Origin: Eledone cirrhosa
Lineage: Eukaryota
Length of the DNA stretch: 64,000 nucleotides
Assembly: GCA_964016885.1 (NCBI GenBank)
Contig: OZ024740.1
Span: 251,038,001-251,102,000, forward strand
Direction: 5' to 3'
Part shown: positions 1-12,593 of the stretch, piece by piece
How the letters are laid out: every line of letters begins with the position of its first letter
Position numbering within the stretch: position 1 is the first letter of the stretch
Translations under genes and position numbers: made by a program
The notes under the pieces: generated by a model
Seen by the model: the letters and a program-made list of their open reading frames with translations, nothing else
Databases searched by the model: none
Told to the model about the DNA's origin: nothing

Positions 1-1119
1 AAAATAAAATTCATGTGTGCGCAGACTTTTTGATGGGGCTAAACAAATGGAAAATTTTTCTCGAAATTAGACCTACAAATACAAGTTGAAGGCAAATGTA
101 TGAAGTTGTTGACAATGAATACATATAAAAGTTTGTAAAAATTTAACCAACTTCCCTTTGGCTATATTCCAACAAGTTATGGATATGATGCTGGCAAATT
201 GTGATTTTGTGATTACATAGTTGGACGGCGTATTAATTAAAAGTGAATCTCATGATCAGCATGTCAAGTGTGTTTTGGAAAAGATAACAGAGTATGGGTT
301 TAAACTCAGTGTTGAGAAGTGCTAATTTTTCTTGCCTAGAATAAAGTACCTAGGACAAATCATCGATAAAAATGGTCATCAACCACTGAAAAATGTTACT
401 ATGTTACAAGCATTTTGGAATTTGTGAACTATTATATTTGCTAGAAAAAGACGTAAAGTGGAATTGGACTAAGTGCCAGAAGGCCTATGAAGAAATAAAA
501 AACATTAACATAAAACTTATTAGTTCATTATGACCCCAAAATAGAAATTGTATTGGCTTCAGATGCTAGTGAGTATGGTATTGGAGCCATGATTCTGCAC
601 AAATATGATGATGGTAGCTCAAAAGCCGTAGCTCATGCCTCACGTTCTCTACTACCAGCAGAAAATAATTACAGCCAAATTGAAAAAGAGGTGTTAGCAA
701 TAATTTTTGCTGAGAAGAAATTTCACAAGTTTATTCATGGAAGGAGTTTTTATTTACAAACTGATCACCATCCTTTGTTGTCAATATATGGATCAAAGAA
801 GGGAATTCCCACCTATACAGCAAATAGATTACAGCGCTGGGGCACCATTTTATTAAATTATAATTTTAAGATGGAATATCTGCCATCCAAAAAATTAGGA
901 TACGCTGATGGTCTATCAAGATTGATATCTAAAAATAGTGAACTATTTGAAGATACAGTGATGCAGGCTTTAAGAGCTGAAAAGGAAATAAAAAGTATAT
1001 TGTGTAATGTAGTACAGGAATTACCTTGTTACCTTAGAAGAAATAAAATTAAAAGTGGAAGAAGACGTTTTTATTATGAAAATAAAAATAATCGGTTCAA
1101 ACTCGTACACAATTTTTGA
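1..1119 (+). mobile_element. Degenerate Ty3/Gypsy pol fragment (decayed RT plus RNase H)
   Basis: ORF 553-1119 has Gypsy RNase H motifs (ASDASEYGIGA, NYSQIEKE, TDHHPL, RLQRW, ADGLSR). Upstream DNA has broken RT motifs (LPFG, IKYLGQII) with stops and frameshifts. Confidence 0.85.
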
Positions 1120-1139
1120 CAATGTACTGATGTATGCAC

Positions 1140-1640
1140 TGAAGCAGGTAGAGAAGTTCAAGTATCTCTGGCCATGTTTATGAAAGATGGAAGGCAGGAG
1201 GCTGAATTAAATGCAAGAATTGCAGGAGCTGGTGTAGTAATACGCCAGCTTCAGCATTCAGAAGAAGGGAGGTATGGGGTTCCTCATAAGGGTCTTTGAG
1301 TAATGTTACTCGATATTGTACATAGCTCGGAGATCAGAGAGTCAGTCCAGGTAGAGCTGCTATTTCTCCGAATTGAGAGATCACAGCTCCGATATTATGA
1401 GCATGTGGTTAGAATATCTCAGGGAAGAATTGCTGGACAGATTTTATGGGCAAAACCAACTGGCAGGAGATCCAGGGGCAGACCCCAGCAACATGGTTGT
1501 ATAACAGCCATGAGGTTAGCTGGTCTCGCTTAGGGATCCAGCCAGATCAGTTGGAGATGGTTGCTTGTGACAGGATCCACTGGAAGGAGTGTTTGAGGAC
1601 TGCCCCAACAACCTCCTCTGGAATAAGTGGGCGAAGAAGA
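1140..1640 (+). mobile_element. RTE-clade LINE 3' remnant
   Basis: VEKFKYL, ERSQLRYYEHVVR and GRRSRGRP thumb/C-terminal motifs, ending in a GAAGAAGA tail. A related 3' piece lies at ~24430-24500. Confidence 0.65.
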
Positions 1641-1771
1641 TCTAAAGAAACAAGATAAATGGAAATCGACAGAACGAAAAAAGAAAACAAAAAGATAAAA
1701 GACGAAAATTTCAAAGATGTGAAATTGAGAAAAAAACGGGATGGGGGGGGGGGGGGGGGGGGGGCACATAC

Positions 1772-1890
1772 CTGAAAGATCAAGAACCTCAAGGAATTTT
1801 GGTCCTTGGTTAAACATCCGCAAAGGAAGAGTAAGTTTCTGTAAACCTCTGCTTGTTAAGGCATTATCTTGAAGTGATAGAGTATTTAAG
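1772..1890 (-). CDS. LRRC42: LRRC42-like leucine-rich repeat protein, internal coding exon
   Basis: Acceptor TGTTTCAG| and donor CAG|GTATGT. Encodes (N)LNTLSLQDNALTSRGLQKLTLPLRMFNQGPKFLEVLDLS, which matches recalled human LRRC42 LHLKDNCLSDAGVRKMTAPVRVMKRGLENLTLLDLS. Phase-2 join to the upstream exon keeps the frame. Confidence 0.88.
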
Positions 1891-3694
1891 CTGAAACAGT
1901 TAATGGAAACTTTATGATTAAAATATCTAAAACAAGTTGTTAAAAAAAAATTGTAATTTTTCAAACTGCAGATACATCACCAAATTTCTAACCCATGTTA
2001 GATAAAAGAGGTCAGGTAATAATTCGAAGTAAATTCGTAAGAGACTACTAACATTGTATTAATATTTTTTTTACTACCAAATTGTCACAACACATTTGTT
2101 TATTTACTAGAACCCTTATGAAGGCAGAAACTCTTTTCTTACAGGTCATCAATAACACGAAGACACATTTTAACCCTTTCATTACTATATTTCTAATGAA
2201 AAATACTGGATGTTATCCAACCAAACTGCTCGGGGTCTATCTCAGGGTCTCCTGCCAGTTAGTTTTGCTTGTAAAATCTGTCCAATGATTTTTTTTTTCC
2301 TGAGACATTCTAACCACATGTCCATAGTATTGGAGCTGTGATCTCTCAATTTGGAGTAGCGGCTCTACCTGGAGCGACTGATCTTTGAGCTATATATTCT
2401 ATTGAGAAACATTACTCTAAAGACCCTTTGGAGGAACCCACTTGTATTCAAGATCATATTCTTTCATTTATTATCCAAGAGTCATGACCACAGATAAGGG
2501 TTAGCACAAATACCATATGCTGAAGATGACGCATTATTACACCAGCTGCTGCAATTCTGGAACATAATTCAATCTCCTGCCTTCCATCACTTATGAACAG
2601 TCATGAGATACTTGATTCTTGTTCATGAAGATTATGACCACAAGAGGTGACAGTATGTACCTTTAGCAGAGTCCAACACTCACAGCGAATGGTTTTGATT
2701 TAAAACTATTTATCTGAACACAAATACTAGGGCTTTGATCCCATACTCCTGCAAAGGAGTATGGGATCAAAGAACATCACTTTCCAGAGTTCCAGGACAT
2801 CCTGCAAACACAAATTAGGCAGATTTACCTTCTCTCTTTAAGGCTTTTAACAGGCTTGTGCTGAATTTCATCCTCCCTAGCGGTCTTGCCTCATTTAATC
2901 TCTTAATTGCAAGAGGTTAGTCATGACTTTGTATACATCAGAAGATGTTGCGAGGATGCACCTCTCTGAAGAGAGGAGAACCCCAGACACATTCTTGATA
3001 GCAGGCATGGAGGACGTCTTATTACAAAGTCGGTGGATGGTCTGCTAGAACATTTTATTTCCTGATCTGAAGTTGGAGTTCAGCTTAACCCCAAAGTCCT
3101 CTCATGTCTTAACTTTGGACACTTTTACTGTCTCTGATGTCACATTCCATGTTTGCTTGTACTGTGGTACAAGCAAACATGTGCAAGGAGGAGGATTTAT
3201 TTTCAAGCCAAGCTTTGTAAGCCTCCTTTGCTCAGACGGCATCTTTGACTACTTAATTGAACTAAGATAGTGCCCATCAGCCTATATTTTTTCAGGGCCC
3301 CTGGGAAAATGGAAGTTCTCAAACCATTGACCTAGCCCTAAAGCTTGCAATAGAGTAAACTCTATTAAATACACACAAGGGTTAGATGGTGGCAACTGAT
3401 TAACTTACATCCAAAAACTCAGAGCACAAAAGACCAGAAACAATACTGCAAAGTATCTCGTCCAATTCTCTAACAATTTTACCAATCCGCTGCTCTGGAT
3501 TAGTACCTTATTTATCAACCCTGAAATGATGAAAACAAAGTTGACTTTGAACCTTGAGTGAAAAGAGCTGAAATAAATAGAAGGTATATATCCTACACAC
3601 TAATACTTCTGCCAAATTACCATCTGTACTGCCGTCTAACAGTTATTTAATGTATGTTAGTACATATGTATGTGCATAAATGTAGTAAACTTAC

Positions 3695-4089
3695 TTAGTG
3701 AAATAGCTCAATTTGTACAAAATTTCATGGTCATCTGACAATCCACAGTGGCTGAGGTTCAGTGAGTGGACACCAGCAAACAGCAAGAAATCACTGGACA
3801 AATAGTTAACCAGCAGATGTTGTCGACTTAAATATAAACTTTGTAGAAATTCAGTGCTGAAGGCTCTGGAAAAGAGCCCAAGGCGTCGGATAACGGTAGC
3901 ATCAGGCTGAGCAAATTGTTCATTGTGTTCAGCAGCCAGAAAGATTTCTTTACCAAGAAGGTCAGGAAAGTGTTGGAATGATTCAACCAAGTCCAAGTTG
4001 TCGGCTACATAATTTATACACAATGTCAATAGTGATGGAACTGGCTGCCAGCAGAATCTTTCACAGTTAGCCAGAGAACCAGCTGACAT
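3695..4089 (-). CDS. LRRC42: LRRC42-like protein, coding part of exon 3695-4165
   Basis: SLLTLCINYVADNLDLVESFQHFPDLLGKEIFLAAE...LNLSHCGLSDDHEIL aligns with recalled LRRC42 SLFSLVLGFISDNVDHIDSLIGFPEQIAEKLFSAAE...LDLSCCKLGDEHELL. Donor AA|GTAAGT at 3694; polypyrimidine acceptor TTCTAG| at 4166. The start codon is uncertain. Confidence 0.88.
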
Positions 4090-4646
4090 CTTACAGTAAG
4101 AAATCCTGGTTCAATATTAGCGTAAAGCACACTAAAACCATTGTGACATGGTACCAGATTCAAATCTAGAATGAAAAAACAAAAAAAAAACAATATGAAA
4201 GTGATGTTCTGTGATCCAATGAATACACCATAACCTGTAGCTCACAAGCCTCATCAACTTTGGATTACTGTTTCTATAATGTCTCCTGCTCCTCTGAATT
4301 AGCTATTTGCAGACCACCTGTACCCAGACCCCACTATGCCCAATTCTTCTATACCAGAATAATCCTTTCCACTCTTTTTTTCTTGCAGATGCTGAATTAC
4401 AAATCATCAAATTGAATATCATCAATATACATGACTTGGTTTCTTCAGTTGGATGCCCTTCATAACACCGACCACTTTACAATGTTTTGGGATTATTTTA
4501 TTGACACCAGAACCACCACATTGTTTGCTATGCTTTAGAAACCCCCTAATTATGTCACTTAGGTAACAGACAGGAATAAATAATGCAATATAAGGTATAT
4601 TATTTTCTACATACTACCAAAAAGGTAGACGTCTATTGGTCTAAGT

Positions 4647-7600
4647 CAGGGGTCGGCAACCCCCGGCCCGCGGGCCACATCCGGCCCTCGAGTGATTTTT
4701 GTCCGGCCCGCCATCTTACACTGGACACTAATTATCTAATTAGTATCGAATACAGATACAGTAGTTCACTTCAAGGTTGTGCCGACCTGATGCCCATCAC
4801 AAATTGTTGCTCATACCGTATATATTTACAGATACCTTTGTAACCTTATTCCATTTATTATTATTTCCTCTTATCCATCTTTTTCTGGGCTTTCCGTCAA
4901 GCATTATGTCACCTGTATTATTATTTCCTGTGATTTCATGTATGTGTTTTTGTTCCAGGTTGGCTGGAAGTATGCATTTTCGTCAGCATGACTCGCTTTT
5001 ATACCCATATTGTCATTCAATAAAATCACTCGTGAATTATTGTCGTCTTCGATTGCCTGACCTTACCTGTGCCCCCCACACAAGGTAAAGCTGTCCTTGG
5101 AAAAATTACTTCGTTCCCTCCTCCCCAGAGTATTTTCATTTGAGTTTGTTGTCTGGTGGTATAACAACTATACAGTAGGTATCTTTATTCGATAATAACG
5201 TTTATTTAATTATTTGTGATAAATTTTGTGAATTATTATTATTAGAATTAGGCGAAAAGTGGTTTAAAAAAAACAAATGGCAACCCTGATCTAACAACGT
5301 CGTTAGAAACCTGGTTTTATATAATTTATTCACAATTATCATATTTTATCGCATTACTGTATTTGCATTTACATTTGTTTTCATTGTTTCTTATTTCTTC
5401 ATTCTGATTATTATACTTTTTGTTCTTTTTCCTTTCCATAAATCTTTTTTGTTTGAACAAAAACAAGCCCATGGAAGCTAAGAAAAGAAAAGTGGATTTG
5501 GAGTGCCGAACTTTTACCGATGGCTGGACACTTAGCTATTTTTTCATTGAGCACTTCGGAAAATATGTTTGCTTAATTTGTCAAGAAAGTTTCAAATATT
5601 AAACGGCACTATGAAACTCGTCATAATCATTACAACAGTTTTACTGGAAAAGCACGAGTAAACAAAGTTGCACGGCTGAGAAATAATGTAACAAAAGCAA
5701 TCATCCTTTTTCACTAGAAAAGTTGAAGAAAGTGACCGAAACACTCGTCAGATGAAGGATGAAACATTTTACTGATGGAGATTTCTTCAATGAATTATTG
5801 TTGAAGGTAGCAGATGTTGGTTGTCCAGAAAAAAGAAAATTATTTTCTGCGATCAGCTTATCGGCAAGAACAGTAACAAGGCGAATTGAAGAGCTGGCAG
5901 CAAATGTCAGAAGTGGCTTGGAGGGCATTTTAAATAATCTGGAGTATTATTCCATTGCTATCATGTTTGTTTGTGAGGGGTGTAACACCAACATTTGATA
6001 TTGTGGAAGAATTTGTACAATTGATTCCTAGCACTGGAGCAGATATTTTGGAAAGCATAATAAAATGGATTACTGAAATGAATCTAGATTTATCAAAGCT
6101 TTCTGGAGTAATCACAGATGGAGCAGCAGCAATGGTTGGAGAGAAAAAGGGGTTAGTTGCATTGCTCCAAAACCACATCGGTATTGATAAAAAACTAATC
6201 AAACTTCATTGCATTATTCATCAAGAAGCGTGTAGGGCGGTGTATTGGCAGTATCGGTAGAGGGTCAGACGCCATGCTTTGCAGCAAAGAGTTACGGCCC
6301 TTTATGGTCTGAGTTCAAATCCCGCCGAGGTTAACTTTGCCTTTCATCCCTACGAGGTCGATAAAATAAAGTACCAGTAATACACTGGGATAATTGCTGG
6401 CCTTGTGCCAAAAGTAGAAACAATTATTCATCAAGAAGTATTATGTGCAAAGTCACTGAATTTTAAGGACATCATGGCACTGGTCGTGAAAACAGTGAAT
6501 TTTATACTGTCAAGAGGACTAAATCACCGCCAGTTTCAAGAATTTCTAAAACAAATTGAAGCAGAGTATGGCGACCTTACATATTTTTCAAATGTTCGAC
6601 CTTACATATTTTTCAAATGTTCAAAAGCCGCGGAAAAATTATGAAAAATCATATGAACGAGTATATGCATTGAGAGAATAGATTTCTATGTTTTTAGAGA
6701 GTAAAAACCAAGATAATTCTTACTTTCAGGATCCACAGTGGGTTGTCAAGTTAGTTTTTTTAGTGGACATCACGACCCACATGAACACTTTGAATCTTGA
6801 GCTTCAAGGAAAGAGCAAGGTTGTATTCGAGATGTTTGGTCAAATTACTGCTTTTGAGAAAAAACTTCGACTGTGGGAATCACAACTTCAAAAAGGAAAC
6901 TACTCTCATTTCCCAAGTCTCCAAAATCACAAGAGAGATATAATACCAGACATCTTTGTGAGCTCTATTAAGGATTTGAGAAGCGAACTTTCCTCTCGTT
7001 TTGCTGACTTCCAGCAATATGGAACTCTATTTAAGTTATTTGGTACTCCTTACGAAACAGATGTGGAGCAAGTGGCAGAAGAATATCAGTTGGAGTTGAT
7101 TGACTTACAGTGCAACGAATCTTTGAAATCGAAATTTCAGTTCGAATCCACTGCTGACTTCTACAAGAAATATATATTGCCAAGCGGAAAATATAAAAAC
7201 ATCTTGACTAATGCGAAACTGATGATATCATTATTTGGAAGTACATATGCTTGTGAACTACTTTTTTCCAAAATAAAATATACTAAAAGTCATTTAAGAA
7301 CAAGGTTGCGTGACCATCTGGATGATGTTTTGCTCCTGTCATCGACAAATATTTCACCTGATGTGGAGAAGTTATTGCACAATAAGCAGAAACAAGTGTC
7401 TCATTAAATCATTTACCATTTCTAACTCTATTTCGTTTGTAACAAGGAATTTGCTTTTTTTTTTTTTTTGTTGATTGTGATAGTTGTTTTTCTGTTATTC
7501 CTGCAGTAAAATAAGGAATTTGCTTTTTTTTTTATTGTTGAATGTGTTTGTAGTTTCTTTTTCTTTTTGTTATTCCTGCAGTAAAATAAGGGGCCTTGTT

Positions 7601-7790
7601 AAAGTAAAATTATATTAAATTCCTTGTTTTGCTTTAATGTACACATTCTTTAGAGTTTGTACAGCATGTTCATAACTATCAACTTCACTGATGAATTCCT
7701 AATAATTGATCAATAAATTAAGTTTATTGCAATAAGGCCAACACATTTTGTTTGTTTAATTTCACATTATGTTGGCACATTTTCTTTGTT
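4647..7790 (+). mobile_element. hAT DNA transposon of the Buster/SPIN (GTF2IRD2-like) group, transposase pseudogenised
   Basis: Left TIR CAGGGGTCGGCAAC plus subterminal CGGCCCG repeats, preceded by the 8-mer GTCTAAGT (NNNTANNN). Transposase pieces 5471-7407 contain a BED-like CLIC, TDGAAAMVG, HCIIHQE and SLFGSTYACE, with frameshifts. Right TIR not found. Confidence 0.85.
6229..6422 (+). mobile_element. tRNA-derived SINE inserted in the hAT transposase
   Basis: A box TGGCAGTATCGG and B box GAGTTCAAATCCC. 16-bp TSD ATTATTCATCAAGAAG at 6213-6228 and 6423-6438. Confidence 0.9.
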
Positions 7791-7899
7791 ATTCTTCTGA
7801 TTCCTTTGTTTCAAGTTCAAATACTGCCTAGGTCAACTTTGCCAATCATCCTTCTGATGTGAGGGTAATGAATAAAGTGCCTGTCTTTGGGTGGCAAAT

Positions 7900-8340
7900 C
7901 AATACGTTGTCTGGTCTAACATCACCTCCACTTGGTGCCAGGATGGTAGACTTAATACATTGCCTAGGTTAACATCATAACTTGATCCCAGGATGGTAGA
8001 GTTCATACATTGTTATGGTTAACATCAATGTCACATGGTCCTTAGGTGGTGGATTTAATGGGTTGTCTGATTTAAAATCACCCTCCCTTGGTTCCTGGGT
8101 AGTACTTGTACTTGTGGTTGTATTCACCTGGAGTGGGTTGTGCTGGCTGGAAGATGGACATGGAAGATGGACATGAAACGATGATGATGGTGATGATGAC
8201 AGCTTTACGCTCCTCACTTGGTAATGAGTCTATAAAGTTGGTGAATGTCCTCAACCAATGATTGAAAGTTTTATCTGCATTTGTAGTGTTTGGGTTGGTA
8301 TTAGCTCTGTCAGGTTTTAAATATCTTTCCATAGTGAGTC
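7900..8340 (-). mobile_element. LTR-retrotransposon gag N-terminal remnant
   Basis: MERYLKPDR...DKTFNHWLRTFTNFI resembles the N-terminus of Gypsy-type Gag. No pol follows. Confidence 0.45.
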
Positions 8341-8923
8341 CTTGATAGTTTCTTTGATTGATATGAGTGACTAGTTAGTTATCTGGTTAAAAAAAACTAT
8401 TTTCCAATCTTAGTCTAAAACAAGTCTGAAATCAGCAATAAAAACTTCACAAAAACAAAATGGCATCCATCATGACTGACAATGCGCATGCTCTCTCTCT
8501 CTCATGTCAAGGGAGGTCACTGCATTTATACATTTTCCATTACACAAACTATTAAGTATGTCATATCTTAAGTATACCTGGTAAGGGTAATTAGACTCAT
8601 ACCAAGGTAGAAATTATCCTCTTCTGAGTATTGAGCATCGATGCCTCCTATGTGTAAGAGATGAGTAATGAAACCGATAAAAAAAATGAATAAAAGTGAA
8701 AGCGAGAATGAGTGAGGGAGGGGGAGGTAGGTGTGGTGGCAAAAGTTGACAATGAAAATCACATTTATATAACTTGAACTTTATAGAATGGAATTTTAAG
8801 GTCGCATGATTCTATTTTCTCAATAGCATACACACACATATACACTAGGTCCGAACACAGAGGAACCAAACTCCCACTGTCATCATCTCTGTCTCTCCTG
8901 CCCTCACTATTATGAGAAAATGG

Positions 8924-9775
8924 GGTCCTACACGCTGGCCGCCCCATGGCCCTAGCTGACAGAATAGAGAAGGCGTTTCCCCAGAGGATGGTGACGGAGA
9001 TGTACTGGAAGAGCCATTCCAGCTCGTGAGCCTCACACTTGTGGCTAGCCAGCTCTGCACCTATGGTGGTGAATAGGGAGTTGGCCCTAGGACCAAGGAC
9101 ACCAGAAGTGTCCACTGCAAACCTGTCAGAGAGTGACCAATACTTGGAGAGTTTACCCTCCTCAGCCCAAAGTGCAGCAGTGCCTGGGTTAGTTGCAGAC
9201 TGCACCAGTGCTGCTGGAGAATGTGTCGCTGCATGTGGCATGCTTGACGAGAGGTTTACAACCATGGAACGAGAAGATGGTCATGCCATCTGGCCTTTTG
9301 CCATAACCTCGGACCAGCCCCACCAGCTTGAGCTGGGAGGAGAAGCCTGCAGCATCCAAGCCCTGCTTTATAACCTCGTTGAGAGCAGCATAACTTGGAA
9401 GGCGGCCAGCACTGTAGCAACAAGATAGTGGGTGGAGGCTGAAAAAGTCTACAGTGGATCCACAGCGACATTTGTGTGACTCGCAGATCCGGAAGCGAAG
9501 CCTGAGGGAAACCCTGATGCACAGGCTATCATTGTACAGCTGCGTGCAAGTTGAAAAGGAGTGTAAGGCATTGAGGCAAGGCACCACTGTGGGGTTGCGA
9601 GGCTGAGTGAAAACATGCGAAGCAGTGCTGGTCAAGCTGGCACGCTAGCTTATCCAAGGCCAGGTTGCACTGGATGGCATCCCATATGCTCTGGGGGAAT
9701 TTGGCGTCAACTGAGGGAAAAGGAGAAGGGATATCTACTGGGCTGCGTCCGAGCCGGTTCCAAGTCTCGCAGGGG
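8924..9775 (-). mobile_element. CRE-clade non-LTR retrotransposon, 5'-truncated decayed copy
   Basis: HKCRCG..HPLSC zinc knuckle, GKRPDG restriction-like endonuclease, KY..L and GNAFSIL motifs. Same family as 10307-12593. Confidence 0.85.
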
Positions 9776-10113
9776 CCCTATGTTCTTCGATCAAAGTAGG
9801 TTCCATTGTGTAAGACAGGTCTTATATTATTTTTCTCTTAAAAAAAAAATTTTTTTTTTAAAATGGCACTAAGGCTTATATTTTTACACAAAAATTAACA
9901 GCACAAGAGTTTTGATAAAAATATTATCATACTGATGGCAAATCATTAATTTTCTCTTTTCATGCTTATCAACATTATATCAGTAATGTTCTTCTGAAAG
10001 TATTGCGAGCAATTTATGTTATTTACACATTTGTAATGTTATATATACAAACTGTGAATAAAATACCTGTTGAACTTTTAAAAATAAAACAAATTAATGA
10101 AAAAAAAAACCTA

Positions 10114-10260
10114 ATTATTGTTTCTACTCTTGGCACAAAGCCAACAATTACCCCTAATGCAGTACTGGTGCTTTATTCTATCGACTCCGTAAGGATGAAA
10201 GGCGACGCTAAGCTCGATGGGATTTGAACTCAGAACGTAAAGGGCCATAACTCCATGTTT
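10114..10260 (-). mobile_element. tRNA-derived SINE, partial
   Basis: Reverse complement of the B box-to-tail part of the SINE at 6229-6422. Confidence 0.8.
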
Positions 10261-10306
10261 TGCAGTACAGTTGTATATATATAACTTTACAAATGTGTAA
10301 ATAACA

Positions 10307-12593
10307 TTTGCCCATTCCAAGCGTGGCCAGGGACGCCACACACCCCACCCTCAGGTACCTCCTATCCTCCACCCCCGAGGCCAGCGCCAAGCGTAACCAG
10401 GTAAATGCAAAACTTATCATGGGTCTCGGCCGCAGTCAGAGTTGTTGCCTCAGAGGACACTGTCCTCCAACCCACCGAGGAGATGCTGGCTGCTCTGCAG
10501 CTCAAACGCCCTGAGCCACCCACTGATCTCAGACCCATACCCCCACCTGCTCCTTGTGGCTACTGATGCAGATATCATGTCCGCCATCAGGTCCTTCCCA
10601 GCTAGCAGCTGCGGAGGTGTTGATGGTCTCCGACCAGGCCACCTCAAGGAGTTGACACCCCCCCTCTCCGCTGAGGCCGGGCGCCGCCATCTGAGTGCAA
10701 TTGTGGCGCTCACCAATAGGCTCATTCATGGTGCCCTCGACCCTTACTCCTGAGGCCTCTTTTTTTTGGCCAGCCTCACTGCTCTCAGGAAGAAAGAGGG
10801 TGGCATACGCCCCATTGCTGTGGGCAATGTCTTCCGGCGGCTGGCTGCCAAGGTGATCTGCAAGTCCGTCACACACGAACTGGGTGAGGAGTTTAGTCCG
10901 GTGCAACTGGGTGTCGGCGTGTCCGGTGGCTGTGAGGGAGCCTCTCATGCAATCAGGCAGTTCTTCAGCAGCTGCCCATCGGTACCTGCATCCAGGGACT
11001 CCAGGCACCCCATTGTCAAGCTTGACATGAGGAATGCCTTTAACTCTTTACGCCGGGATCATCTGCTCGAGGCCTGCCTCAGCCGAGCCCCCTCTGGCCT
11101 ACCTGTCATATGGAGCCCCGAGCATGCTCCTAGCTGCTGATACGGCTACTGGGGTCCAACAGGGCGACCCTTTGGGACCCCTCCTGTTCGCCCTTGGTAT
11201 TGACCACATCGCCCGGAGTATCACGCCCCCTCTCAACGTTTGGTATCTGGATGATGCTACGTTGGGCGGGCCTGTACGGATGGTCTGTGAAGACCTTCAA
11301 TCGGTGATCCTGCCCTGGCGGGAATCGGCCTCCAGGTTAACTCGGCCAAGTCGGAGGTGGTGAACTTCAGCCTCGATGCTGCGAGCCTCGCAGCCTTCGT
11401 CTTGGACGTGCGATCCATTCTCCGCCAGGTTCAGGTAACCCCCAAAGAGGATGTCCTCAACGTCAGGTCACCAATCCACCCGCCGGCCATCCGCTCCACC
11501 ATCAGGTCCAGGCTTCAACAGCTCCAGACTCTCACGATCCGACTGGGATTGATTGACTGCCACCCAGCTCCCCGATCTCACTAGCTTTGTCGGCGCATCT
11601 TTCGTCGGTAACCTCGTGCCACGTCCTCGTCAGCAGGGTTCTTCAAAACACAACAGAACGTGAGGCCGCCTGTGAGACGTGGGACTGGCTGGGACTTAGC
11701 CCAATAGACGTCCCTCCTCCTCCTCCTGTTGACGTCAAGTCTCCCCAACGTACTTGGGATGCCATCCAGTGCAGCCTGGCCTCAGACAGGCTCACACGGC
11801 AGCTCGACCAGCACGGCCTTGCCTGTTTTTGTGCGGCCTCCAAACCCCACAGTGGTGTCTGGCTCCATGCTCTGCCCTCCTTCTCCACTGGCACACAGCT
11901 AGACAACCATAGCCTGCGAATCGGCATCTCCCTGAGGCTCGGCCTCCGGATCTGCCATCCACACCAATGTCGCTGCGGTTCCACCGTGGACTCTTTCGGC
12001 CACCACCCGCTTTCCTGTCGACACAGTGCCGGCCGCATTCCACGCCATACTGCCCTCAACGAGGTCATTAAGCATGGCTTGGACGCTGCAAGCTTCCCTT
12101 CCCAGCTCGAGCCTGTGGGGCTGGATCGAGGGGACGGCAAAAGGCCAGATGGCATGACCATCTTCCCGTTCCGCGGTGGCAAACCCCTCGTCTTGGATGC
12201 CACTTGCACCGACACTTTCTGCAGCCGCAACCTGGTGCAGTCTGCGACTGACCCAGGTTCTGCTGCACGTCGGGCTGAGGGGGCCAAGCTCCTCAAATAC
12301 CGGTCGCTCTCCGACAAGTTTGCGGTCGTTCCCCTGGCAGTGGAAACTTCTGGTGTCCTCGGCCCCAGGGCTACCTCCTTACTCACCACCATAGGCACTG
12401 ACCTGGTCAGCCGCAGGTGTTACCCCCGCGAGTTGGAGTGGCTTTTCCAACGCGTCTCCCTTGCCGTCCTCCGGGGAAACGCCTTCTCCATTCTGTCCGC
12501 CGGGGCTGTGGGTGAGCCCCATCGCGTACCAATACATTAGTTAAATACCATTCTTTCATCTGATACAACACAATAAAGACAGCGTGAAACACT
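10307..12593 (+). mobile_element. CRE-clade non-LTR retrotransposon (RT plus zinc knuckle plus restriction-like endonuclease), 5'-truncated and frameshifted
   Basis: GGIRPIAVG, QLGVG..GGCE, KLDMRNAFNS, GVQQGDPLGPLLF, WYLDD, CRCG..HPLSC..GR..RH, GKRPDG and RGNA motifs. AATAAA at 12572. Confidence 0.9.

Noticed and set aside
4805-5166. Possible solo LTR (TGTT...AACA with AATAAA) inside the hAT 5' region
   Set aside because: No matching TSD and no second copy in the window.
5471-7407. Domesticated GTF2IRD2/EPM2AIP1-like host gene
   Set aside because: Multiple frameshifts, a SINE insertion and a retained TIR indicate a dead transposon.
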